Shown piece after piece: positions 52,277 through 64,000 of a DNA stretch of 64,000 bases; position 1 is the stretch's first letter; every line of letters begins with the position of its first letter. The stretch comes from Octopus vulgaris (lineage: Eukaryota): the NCBI GenBank assembly GCA_951406725.2, contig OX597818.1, positions 65,224,001 through 65,288,000 on the forward strand. Reading direction: 5' to 3'. Under the pieces are notes generated by a model. It worked only from the letters and a program-made list of their open reading frames with translations, searched no databases and was not told where the DNA came from. Both the position numbers and the translations under genes were made by a program.

Positions 52277-52671
52277 ACTCTTTTACTCTTTTACTTGTTT
52301 CAGTTATTGGACTGCGGCCATGCTGGAGCAACTCGACCCCGGGACTTATTCTTTTGTAAGCCCAGTACTTATTCTATCGGTCTCTTTTGCCGAACCGCTA
52401 AGTAACGGGGACATAAACACACCAGCATCGGTTGTCAAGCAATGCTAGGGGACAAACACAGACACACAAACACACACATGCATATATATATATATATATA
52501 TATATACGACAGGCTTCTTTCAGTTTCCGTCTTACCAAATCCACTCATAAGGCTTTGGTCGGCCCGAGGTTATAGTAGAAGACACTTGCCCAAGGTGCCA
52601 CGCAGTGGGACTGAACCCGGAACCATGTGGTTGGTAGACAAGCTACTTACAACACAGCCACCCCTGCGCCT
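52277..52671 (-). mobile_element. SINE family A (full length)
   Basis: Colinear with 9686-10089. Confidence 0.92.
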
Positions 52672-52674
52672 ATG

Positions 52675-52794
<120 letters not shown>

Positions 52795-52901
52795 TATATA
52801 TGGTAAAATTGAATAAGGGTAAAAATTGATTCTAATCAATTAAAACCAGTGACCTAGCATATTTTTAAAAAATCAGATTCAAAAAATTTTTTAATATATA
52901 T

Positions 52902-53314
52902 AGGCGCTGGAGTGGCTGTGTGGTAAGTAGCTTGCTAACCAGCCACATGGTTCTGGGTTCAGTCCCACTGCGTGGCATCTTGGGCAAGTGTCTTCTGCTA
53001 TAGCCCCGGGCCGACCAATGCCTTGTGAGTGGATTCGGTAGACGGAAACTGAAAGAAGCCTGTCGTATATATGTATATATATATATAAGTGTGTGTGTAT
53101 ATGTTTGTGTGTCTGTGTTTGTCCCCCTAGCATTGCTTGACAACCGATGCTGGTGTGTTTACGTCCCCGTCACTTAGCGGTTCGACAAAAGAGACCGATA
53201 GAATAAGTACTGGGCTTACAAAGAATAAGTCCCGGGGTCAATTTGCTCGACTAAAGGCGGTGTTCCAGCATGGCCGCAGTCAAATGACTGAAACAAGTAA
53301 AAGAGTAAAGAGTA
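52902..53314 (+). mobile_element. SINE family A (full length)
   Basis: ggcgctggagtggctgtgtgg (A-box)...gggttcagtccc (B-box)...aaacaagtaaaagagta tail. Confidence 0.92.
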
Positions 53315-53437
53315 TATATTTTTTAATGTAAAAAATATTTTTAAACTTCGGATATATATATATATACACACACATACTTAATTACTTAGACTTATAAGTA
53401 CGTACGCATACATACAGATATAAAAATATGTATATAT

Positions 53438-53821
53438 GTGGAAGCGCAATGGCCCAATGATTAGTGCTGCGGACTTGTGGTCATAGGATCGCGGTCTCGA
53501 TGATTCCCAGACTCGGCGTTGTGAGTGTCTATTGAGCGAAAACACCTAAAGTTCCACAAGGCTCCGGCAGTGGGTAGTGGCGAACCCTGGTGTATTCTTT
53601 TACCACAGCTTTCTCTCTTTCTCCTTGTTTCTGTTATACCTTCATTTCAAAAGGCCAGCCTTGTCACCTTCTGTCTCACACCGAATCTCCCTGTGAAATA
53701 CATTAAGGGTACACGTATCTGTGGAGTGCTCAGCCACTTGCATATTAATTTCACGAGCAGGCTGTTCCGTTGATCGGATTAACTGGAACCCTCATCTTTG
53801 TAACCGACGGATTGCCACGAT
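53438..53821 (+). mobile_element. SINE family C
   Basis: Inverted homologue of 11272-11655. Confidence 0.88.
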
Positions 53822-53882
53822 TTGTATATATTAACACATATATATATGTTCTTTCATGTTTGGCAGTATTTTTAATAACATC

Positions 53883-54055
53883 TCGCCGAGGTCAACTTTG
53901 CCTGTCTACCCTTCGGGGTCGATAAATTAAGTAACAGTAGCGTACTGGGTCGATTTAATCGACTGATCCTTTCCCAACCAAAAGTTTCGGGCCTTCTTCG
54001 AAGAGTAGAAAAGTACTTTTAATTACATATATGCAGTAATGCAGACTTAGGAATA

Positions 54056-54094
<39 letters not shown>

Positions 54095-54210
54095 CCGCCG
54101 AGGTTGACTTTGCCTTTCATCCTTTCGGGGTCGATAAATTAAGTACCATTTACGCACTGGGGTCGATGGAATCGACTTAATCCCTTTGTCCTTGTTTATG
54201 CCCTCTGTAA
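53883..54210 (+). mobile_element. Two 5'-truncated SINE family B copies
   Basis: cgccgaggt..actttgcct...ttcggggtcgataaattaagta at ~53884 and ~54095. Confidence 0.8.
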
Positions 54211-54212
54211 AG

Positions 54213-54317
<105 letters not shown>

Positions 54318-54329
54318 TGTGTTTGTGTG

Positions 54330-54712
54330 TTAAGTAGTGTGCTTAGCAACAACATGGTTCAGGTTCAGTCCCACTGCGTGGCACCCTGGGCAAGTGTTTT
54401 CTAATGCATCTGTTATGGATGATCTGCTTCATACACAGCGTTGTGAGTGGATTTGGAAGACAGAAACTGAAAGATGCCTGTCGTCTCTACATGTATGCGC
54501 GTGTATGTTTGTGTCTGTCTGTGTGCTTGTCCTTCTAATATCGCTTGACGACCGATGTTGGTGTGTTTCGGTCCCCGTGACCTAGCAGTTCGGCAAACGA
54601 AACCGGTAGGTTAAGTACAAGGCTTACAAAGACTAACTCTTGTGGTCGATTTGCTCGAATATAGGTGGTGCTCCAGTATGGCAGCATTTAAATAACTGAA
54701 ATAAAAGAATTA
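54330..54712 (+). mobile_element. SINE family A (older copy)
   Basis: ggttcagtcccactgcgtggcaccctgggcaagtg...ggtgctccagtatggc. Confidence 0.85.
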
Positions 54713-54720
54713 AAATAATA

Positions 54721-55115
<395 letters not shown>

Positions 55116-55236
55116 CTAGGTAGATATATAGGTTTGTTGATGGATGGATAGATACATATATATACATACACTTACACACATGTGTATATACATATTTCTA
55201 ATATGTATTTGCATTTATATACATCTACAACCAAGT

Positions 55237-55277
<41 letters not shown>

Positions 55278-56021
55278 ACACTGTAATTCTAACGGTTACA
55301 CATTTGCTGTTGTAACACTTCAAGGAAATCGGTAAGAACACGCGGTGACTTAAATTAGAAGAAGTAACAGCTTAAACAATAGTCCCCCCTCCGTGACGGT
55401 TTAATGAAACTTCCGGTTGATTCTCTTCTCCACACACTTTTATTGCGTGCGCCTGCTTCATCACAGATGATGCATGTTCAATTGATAAAGCAGTCACAGA
55501 ATTTTCGTAAAGAAATCTTACAATGAACAAAGTGTCGGTTCGGTGGAACTATGGGAATGCGAAGATAGAAACAAAGACATCAGTGAGGTTGTCAGTATAC
55601 GGGTGGGTTGGTGGGACAGTGTTGTGAGGAGTGGGGGTTGTTTAGTTCATTTAAAAATAACAAAAAATCATGCAAATGAAATCACGCCAACGAAAGTGTG
55701 AAGTTTAGGGAGGGCACACGATCGAGGAAATTGCAGCGGAGTTGAATAATGAGATCAAAGGGTAAGTATGACACTACAATCGCCTTCCGCTCAATCAAGA
55801 ATAAAAATATATATAAAAGAATTCTTACAATGAAACAACAACAACAAAAAAAAGAATAAAGAGAATTTTAAATAGCGGTGTAATGGCTTTGTTACATGTA
55901 TCAGTTTCTGAATAGGAAGGTAGGAGAGGAAACAAAGCAACGTTTAAAGAACGATTAGTCGGCTACAGTCTAACAAAGCGAAATTTTCGTTTTATATACT
56001 TTCCCGGAAATACACATTTAG

Positions 56022-56091
<70 letters not shown>

Positions 56092-56194
56092 TATATATAT
56101 ATACATATACATACATAATATACATATATATACATATATATATATATTTGCATACATAAATTTATATATATAGAAGTATATATGAATATGTATT

Positions 56195-56236
<42 letters not shown>

Positions 56237-56498
56237 CATGGATAGATATATGTTTGTATGTGTGTGTGTGTGTGTGTGTTGTTTATGTGTAGCCTGTGCG
56301 TATGCAGAAAGATACAGATATGAAAAGATAAATGAATATTTTGAAGTGCAACATATGCGTGCCTGCGCGCGAGCGTGTGTGTATGTGTGCGCACATGAAG
56401 GTGTTACTATATGCACAAACACATTAACACATGCTATCTACGCATAAGTGTGTGTCTGTATACATACGTGTGTGAATGTAAATATGAGTGTGTATATG

Positions 56499-56537
<39 letters not shown>

Positions 56538-56549
56538 GAAGAGAGAGAG

Positions 56550-56582
<33 letters not shown>

Positions 56583-56634
56583 CCTGCATATATGAATATA
56601 TATTAATATATATATATATATACATGCATATATG

Positions 56635-56672
<38 letters not shown>

Positions 56673-57615
56673 AAATTAGAAGAAATCTACCATTTATCTA
56701 TTCAAAATGAACAATTGAATTACACCATCTAGAAAATTACATATAATAGAAATATTAAAATTAAAATAATAAAATGTCAATGATTAAGTAAATTGCAAAC
56801 AAATAATAAAAACGTATATAATTGGTGGAATAACAATCTTTATAATTTTTTATATATATTTTATGTTGTGTGAAATTTGATTTAGTATTTCTAAATTGAA
56901 TTTTTTTCCCTTGTAAATTTGGATTTTATTCCCTCAAATAATAATCATATATATATATATATATATACACACATACATATCCATAGACACGCACACATAT
57001 AATGCATATAGGTGCATAATCATCAGTAAGTGAAGAGATCGGGCAATTGCTTCCAGCTGAGAGAGAATATCTCCTAGGCATTATTTCTACACGAGGCATG
57101 ATATGGCGGCCTGAACAGTCTGGAAGAGGAGAACAGAAAAGGATATTCGCTACAGGCAAAGACATCGATGTTGTGACAAATTGAAAAAGAAATTATTGCC
57201 AATTAAAAATAAAAGTAGCCAACATGATGATTGATTTGATGGGATGCACCCTAGATTTCATTGTGGAGAAAATCATCTACATTGGAAACAGCATTATGTT
57301 CAAAAATATCGAGGTAAACCAGAAAATCGATGAGACGCGATGTACACTTCTCAGATAAACACACACACACGTGCATTCACATACACACTTATAGCAGTCA
57401 ACTCGTCACTGAGTAAGACCACTCCTGCATTAAGTCTGTTCAAGCGAACTGAGTTTCAAAGAAGTTTCTCTGAGATAATATGTTTTAGCTGCAAAGAATT
57501 TTGCAGAGCATAAAAACCAGTTTTCTGGGCAATCGCCTTTAAAATCAGTGCAACAAGATAAAGGAAGACGACCAGAAAACAACTGAAGTCCAGTTTAATA
57601 TATATGCATACATAC

Positions 57616-57695
<80 letters not shown>

Positions 57696-57895
57696 TTAAG
57701 TAGTTGAATGAATTATCTTAGTATGGATAATTCGGTTAACCGATACCTGGGTAGCAAATTCACGTCAGAAAAACACGGTTGAAGCTACATGCCAAGGGCA
57801 GAGATCACGTGCTTTCGTGTGGAAATTTGTGTGTTTTTTTAATACAAATAAATGAAAGAATGGAGTTGAACGACGATTTAACAAAATTCCTTTAT

Positions 57896-57976
57896 TCTCG
57901 ACATATGTTTCGAAGGATGCATATTCCTAATTTCGAAGGAATAAGGGGTGCATTATGCCGCCTTCTCATCAGGAAA
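57896..57976 (-). ncRNA. Putative type-I hammerhead ribozyme in the left arm of the palindrome
   Basis: Minus strand reads uuuc-CUGAUGA-gaaggcggcaua...uaugcauccuuc-GAAAC-auau-GUC-gaga: intact core, G10.1-C11.1 pair, GUC cleavage triplet and 4-bp stem I. Confidence 0.7.
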
Positions 57977-58074
57977 GACAAGGAACTTATGTCAGCATCG
58001 AGATGAACAAAAGCTCTTAGATGACTGTCCACACGAGTTTTTGTTCATCTTGATGCTGACATAAGTTCCTTGTC

Positions 58075-58155
58075 TTTATTGATGAGAAGGCGGCATAATG
58101 CACCCCTTATTCCTTCGGAATTAGGAATATGCAGCCTTCGAAACATATGTCGAGA
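58075..58155 (+). ncRNA. Mutated hammerhead copy in the right arm (C3 to U)
   Basis: uuua-UUGAUGA-gaaggcggcaua...uaugcagccuuc-GAAAC-auau-GUC-gaga. Confidence 0.5.
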
Positions 58156-60799
58156 ATAAAGGAATTTTGTTAAATTGTCGTTCAACTCCATTCTTTCATT
58201 TATATATATATATATATATATACATACAAACACACACACACACACACGAGCATATATATGTTTATATATATATACATATATACACGCTTACTTATATACA
58301 TACGTACACACACATATATAACGGACGTTTTTCGGTTTCCGTCTGCTATATCAACCCACAAGTTTTGGGTATCTTCTTTTGCTAAATTGGACTGCACCAC
58401 CCTCTCCAAACCAAGCTGCTGTATCACTAACTTTGGTCCCCTTACAGTTCATTTATTCTACTAAAGCTAACGTTATTATGGACTGATGATCAATGGAAAC
58501 ATAACACTAATTTTCTGTTTTATCTCTGTTTTCTTTCCTTTTTCCGCTATATTCGCCGTTTCTATTTTCAATCCAACCTCACGATATTCCTCTTGATTTC
58601 TCTTGCCTCAACGTCCTGATTGTTAAAGGAAAAGGCGATGGGATCAGAGCCCTGAAATTCTTTGGAGACTGAAAATTTGTTTTTAAAATCTACCAAGACT
58701 GCATTCCACACATGAAAATAATACCAGCCCATACTTTTATAGGACGTATTTCAAATTATGTGTGTATATGTATGTATGTATGTATGCAAACGACATGCAA
58801 AGGTACATGAAGCCCAGTTACAACTACAGCCGGCTATTACCAGTAAAGCTCTTTGTTGCCAATTTTGTACAAGACATTGTAGATCTTTAGCTGGGCTAAA
58901 AAGTCACATTCGATTACAGCACCAGTGACAGTTAAGCTTCGTGCAATGGTCATACTCGATAACGAGGGGGCAGCCATAATAATGTATGTATGTATAGTTT
59001 CTGTTTCCATTTATGCGTTTGTTCTGGGATACAGAGAACCCCAGGTAATGTCGCTGAATGTTAATTACAACTATTTTCTTTTCTTGCGATAAAAGTTGTA
59101 CAATCGGCAAAAATGGCTGCAATAAAACTAAAGACAACTGCACACAGCGGAGCAAAGTTCAACGTTTGACATTAGTATGGGAATTATCTGGTGTTATATT
59201 CCAGGTAATATATTGCTATGTGTACACACACAATCGTCTCGTTTCTATTATTCCTATTCCAATAATTCTTTTATCTAAATAATAATGGTTAAACATTTAC
59301 AGAAACAGTCCACCATTTGCCGCCTTAGATTCAAAATGTCACCTTAATTAGAGCTTGGAGGAAGGTGGCTTATGATATTCGTGGAAATCTCTTTTGAAGC
59401 AGCGAACAAATGATTTCGTTCGTTATTAAACGTATTTAACACAACTCAGGACTTACTGGTCTCTCATCTGTCACTGAACCCCAAACAAGCTATGTTTCTT
59501 TTTCCACGTAAAGCTGAACACATAAACAGGTCTGATATAAATATACTTTCTTATCGATACATAAAATGCCATAGATATGATACTACAAAATCCCATCACA
59601 ATAATTTCATCGTGATCTTCTAGGTTTTTATACCACACAAGATGCAAGAACTATACAAAAGACACATATATGACTTATTCTATTATGTAATATCCAATAT
59701 TACATTATTTTAATGTTCTACTATATTAGATTATTTACCATCATTGGCTCCTATACTTCTACTACACTATCAACATATTGAATTTATCACCATAATCCTT
59801 ACCATTACCAATGAAACTTCCTTTGCTTCTTTCGATTCTAATATCCCTCTCGATCTATTTACTTATGTGATTTCATTATTCTCATTTCCTACAATTTATA
59901 ATTAAATTTTTTGCTTGTTTCTATTTTGCCATATCTTCCCTCTTACGCACGTAAGTAATTATTTCTAATGTATATCTATTTTCACCAATTATAATGATAG
60001 CCTTATCTCATACGAAGCTCCCTTAAAATATCTAACATTTTTTGCTCACATTCTTCTCTATCGTAAAATCTTTCTGCAGTTATTCTTTTCCATACTATGA
60101 AAGAGAATCATGATTCTCAGTATGATGTTCTTAATCTTGTTGACTATAAATTTTATCGAGTCCTCATCTCTCTTCTTTCATTTATTTTCATATTTTCTTG
60201 TTCCTTTTATAAATCTTATAACAATATTCTCCCAGTTCATACATAGTTTTCTTTACCTATTGCAGTATAATGTTTTATTTACATTTTTCATTTTAGTTTT
60301 AATACAAAGCTATTCTCTGCGATAGAGTCTCCTCATATATATTTTGGTTTCTCTTATTTTTGCATTACTTTCGAGCTATTGTTGTTTTGATTAAGACCCA
60401 AGTCAAAACCTTCATGCGGATATATGAATCTGGTTAGTGCAAACATGACCAAGCTGTTTTTCTTTCTATCAGATATGATATACTTAAAAATGCATTATCC
60501 AATACGTTCTTCACTTTAAAATAAATACTTTGGGATAGCGATACTATATAGCTCATACGCATAGAAAGCCGAGTGAAACAGAATAAAGGTTCTTGGAGAG
60601 AGAGAAGAAAAACGTGGTGAACACATTGTGTGAGTGAGGGCGGAGTAGATAAATACACGGACAGACGGAAATAGAAAAGAGAAATAAATTGGTGTATGTA
60701 TTAAGAATGGTAAATACTGAATGATATGTTTACAATACATAATGTAGTGATAAATAGAGTCAGAATTACATAGCTGGATGCGCACAGAGTAAGATATTC

Positions 60800-61150
60800 T
60801 GAATATGGTGTCTATTTAGAGTCGAAACAACCTGCAGTGCATTCAAAATTTTTCAAATGACATGGCAGACGGGTAACTGGAAGTCAACAATACGTATCAC
60901 CTTCACGCGGTATATGTGTAGAACATTCCACACTATGGAGCCGAAACTTGAAATGGTGGCCAGTACTCGGGGCTTTTGATGATAATCTCATATAACACGG
61001 CGCAAGAACACAGGGCTAAAGTGGCTACATTCCACAAATAAACATGGCTACATTCCACAAATAACACTTATTATTACTCAACACAGGGTAGGAATTGCTG
61101 CTCACTCCAGAGAATATCGAAGGAGAGGAAGAAAAAACACATTAATGCTC
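60800..61150 (+). mobile_element. Degraded RTE LINE fragment
   Basis: HYGAET* (LLYGAETW motif) followed by AFD...TGLKW; internal ~23-bp tandem duplication tggctacattccacaaataa. Confidence 0.55.
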
Positions 61151-61514
61151 CTTCCAATAATTGGAAGGACATCGGAGAATTCGCGAATGCAATTTTAATC
61201 CAAGTTCTTACTGAAAAGTAAATGGATCTTATTCCTCTTTGTGAAATCCATTCTTTGCATTCGATGCAAGAAACGAGGCAGCAGATAAAATTTCAGATTA
61301 ACTCATAGCAACGTATGCATAGTTGTAAGGTTAGCTGATTACCAATAACTTGATGTTTGACAATACTAAAACACTATAATTCAGGAAAGTACTAAATAAC
61401 TTAAGAGCTACACTACATACACAGAATGATATTCTCTAAAAATCTAATCCCATTCTGATGATATGGAATTAATTAAACATCGGCTCCAGTATTTCACCGC
61501 ATGTATCTATAAAT

Positions 61515-61665
61515 GCGACATTTTCAGTTCCGTCTACCAAAACCACTCGCGAGCCTTTGGTCGGTCCCAGGTTACAGTAGAAATCACTTGCCGAAGCTGC
61601 CACGAAATGGGACTGAACCAGGAACCATATGGTTGGGAAGCCTGCTTCTTACCACACAGCCACGC
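61515..61665 (-). mobile_element. SINE family A, 5' half
   Basis: tcagttccgtctaccaaa...tgggactgaacc...ttaccacacagccac. Confidence 0.8.
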
Positions 61666-61715
61666 CAAACACATACCTATATATATATATATACATACAT
61701 ATAAATATACATATA

Positions 61716-61913
<198 letters not shown>

Positions 61914-63347
61914 TATATGCACAAGGTCGTGTTAATGAAAGGCAGCAATGGTATTCAGTAACCAGTGTAGAATATGAATTCTGAAATTAGAGCAGCCTGA
62001 ACAAAACTAGTATAAAACAATGAAATTCATTTAGCTTTAAGTCCGTGGGTAAGCTTGGATCCTAATCGACCGATCGATTGAACGAGTAACAAATGGGTAG
62101 ATATAACTGTGGATGGAGGAAATAATGATGATGAATGGACGGGGTGAGAAGCGATGGTTGGACAGTGTGACGGAAATATGAAAGTTTCTGTAAACAAATT
62201 GCGACATGCAACGAGAATTGTTGAATGCTATAAATGTGATTTACAGTATGTATAATACATGGAGACATAAAAGAAAACCTACGAAGTTGAATGTACATAT
62301 AGCAAGAGATTCGCAATACAGTGTATACTTAGGGTGAGTGAAAAGAAATATCATTCTGCATAAAGAATAGTATTGTAAGAAAATGTTAAAACAGATCTAA
62401 GTATAGGGATGGAATAGTAAAGTATAACAAAGTTTTTGAGAGTGTGCGCGAGGTATATTTTTTTGCAGAATTCTTACAACATAGCAGATTAAATGTGTAA
62501 AGTATTTGTCCTTAAATAATCGATAGAGATAAAGTAAAAGTAAAATACAACATAGGCACATAAAATATGGTATTTAGACTCAAAGAAAATGGCAAGAGCA
62601 GTAAAGGAAAATACGAGCAAAACCCTTCATTTTACAAAGGCCAATGGTATAGAAATACAACAACTACTGAAAAAGAACAACAATCATTAGGAAAAAAAAG
62701 TTCCATCAGGAAAACTGAAACGAAGAGTAAGAAGGAGAGTAAGGAGAGCGAAATAACATCATATACTAAGAATTGTGTAAATAAGTTTGAAAACGACAGA
62801 AGAAAAACTAAGTAGAATGACATTTCTTAATACAGAACTGCACAAGAAATGGTATGAGGGAAATAAATTTGACCTTTCTCTGTTATTTGCTACAGTGAAG
62901 GATATTCGCTTGATTTTTAAATTTTTATTGCAGTACTTGAGCGCTTCGCTATTTTCATTTTTATTTTCATTTACCATTTTCATTCAGTCTATATAGAGAG
63001 GAAGATAGTGGAGTTACAACTACAGAAAGTATGAAGCAATTACATATATTTTTTATATCGATTTTCATTTATACACTTATATTTTGAAGTGCTTCTTTGA
63101 TTGTGTTTATTAATTGTACGTATTATTTTACCTCACGTGTCTTTCCAAACCTATCTACTTATGCTCACTGTTTTGCATACATTTTTTTTTTATTTCTCTG
63201 TAGCAGTTATCTGGTGGGTGCCTCTCTATGTGTACCTCAACATAAAGAAAAGCATAAACACAGACACACATAAAGTCGCCCACACACACACACATTTATC
63301 TCTATAAGAGAAAGAGAGAGAGAGGAAAAAGCGATATATTCACATAT

Positions 63348-63413
<66 letters not shown>

Positions 63414-64000
63414 ATATATATATCACATAAATGTATAAAAAGCTCTTTCTGTGTGTGTGTGTATGTATGTGCGTATGTACGTGTGTGTGTATGTGCGTGT
63501 AGAATCGTGAGTGTATGTATAAAATCAACACAGATATACACTAGTTTATATACTTTTCATAAATAGTCGTGCGCTATACAGTTGGTAGTGATTCTTTGAA
63601 ATGGATACGCTCATCACGTAGATATATCTCAAAGTGGCAAAATAGATGAGTAGATAAGACAGAGGCAGCCGACACTGGGCATGGCTGGTTCTTATCTTTG
63701 CTCTGCTTTATCTTGCATCGATGAGATAATGCAAATATATGTCAAATGAAAGACTTCATCTATGAACATTGTATGACAACTTTTAAAATATCATCGTGTG
63801 TGATTGAAAATTCTGTCTGAATTCTTCATATTTAAAATGTGTGCATAAACTTCTTCATAATTAAATTCTTCATAATTAAAACTTGTGCATTAGAAAGTAA
63901 TATCAAAATAGTAAATTTCATATCTTATGTAGAAGTCTCACTTTTCATTTCGCATCTCACATTTTCGCTGTAGTGACCCGTTAGATTTTCAGTTAATTTG

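Larger units (their letters stand above)
57848..58203. repeat. Near-perfect palindrome: 169-bp arms, 18-nt spacer
   Basis: 57848-58016 matches the reverse complement of 58035-58203 with only a handful of mismatches; ORFs 57779+ and 58045- encode almost the same peptide. Confidence 0.97.

Noticed and set aside
52902-52975. tRNA genes at SINE heads (also near 11600 and 53440)
   Set aside because: A and B boxes are present, but there is no complete cloverleaf and the sequence continues into a SINE body.
58483-58510. CTGATGA...GAAAC hammerhead candidate
   Set aside because: No proper stem II, stem III or correctly placed UH site.
59700-60430. Possible very old LINE RT relic on the minus strand (GDSIA..F resembles QGD.LS..LF)
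   Set aside because: Only one weak motif in AT-rich sequence; needs a translated profile search.

Overview
AT-rich, microsatellite-saturated eukaryotic non-coding DNA. The SINE families and repeat landscape look like a coleoid cephalopod, most likely Octopus (inferred from pattern recognition, no database search). I found no intact host protein-coding gene: the long ORFs are microsatellite artefacts or degraded transposon fragments. Contents: (1) a ~5.9-kb array of a 34-bp satellite bounded on the right by a Helitron-like terminus and on the left by a fold-back inversion centred on an RTE-LINE fragment; (2) three tRNA-derived SINE families; (3) many mariner/Tc1 relics; (4) RTE LINE and R4/Dong-like (restriction-like endonuclease) LINE relics, two of them with 5'-inverted geometry; (5) Helitron/HINE-like elements, an 8-bp-TSD MITE family and an LTR-like segment; (6) many fold-back elements. 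The most notable signals are minimal type-I hammerhead-ribozyme motifs on the minus strand at ~49.83-49.87 kb and ~57.90-57.98 kb. The second lies in a near-perfect palindrome with 169-bp arms whose mirror copy has a core mutation. Coordinates were counted by hand, and the ends of degraded elements are approximate.
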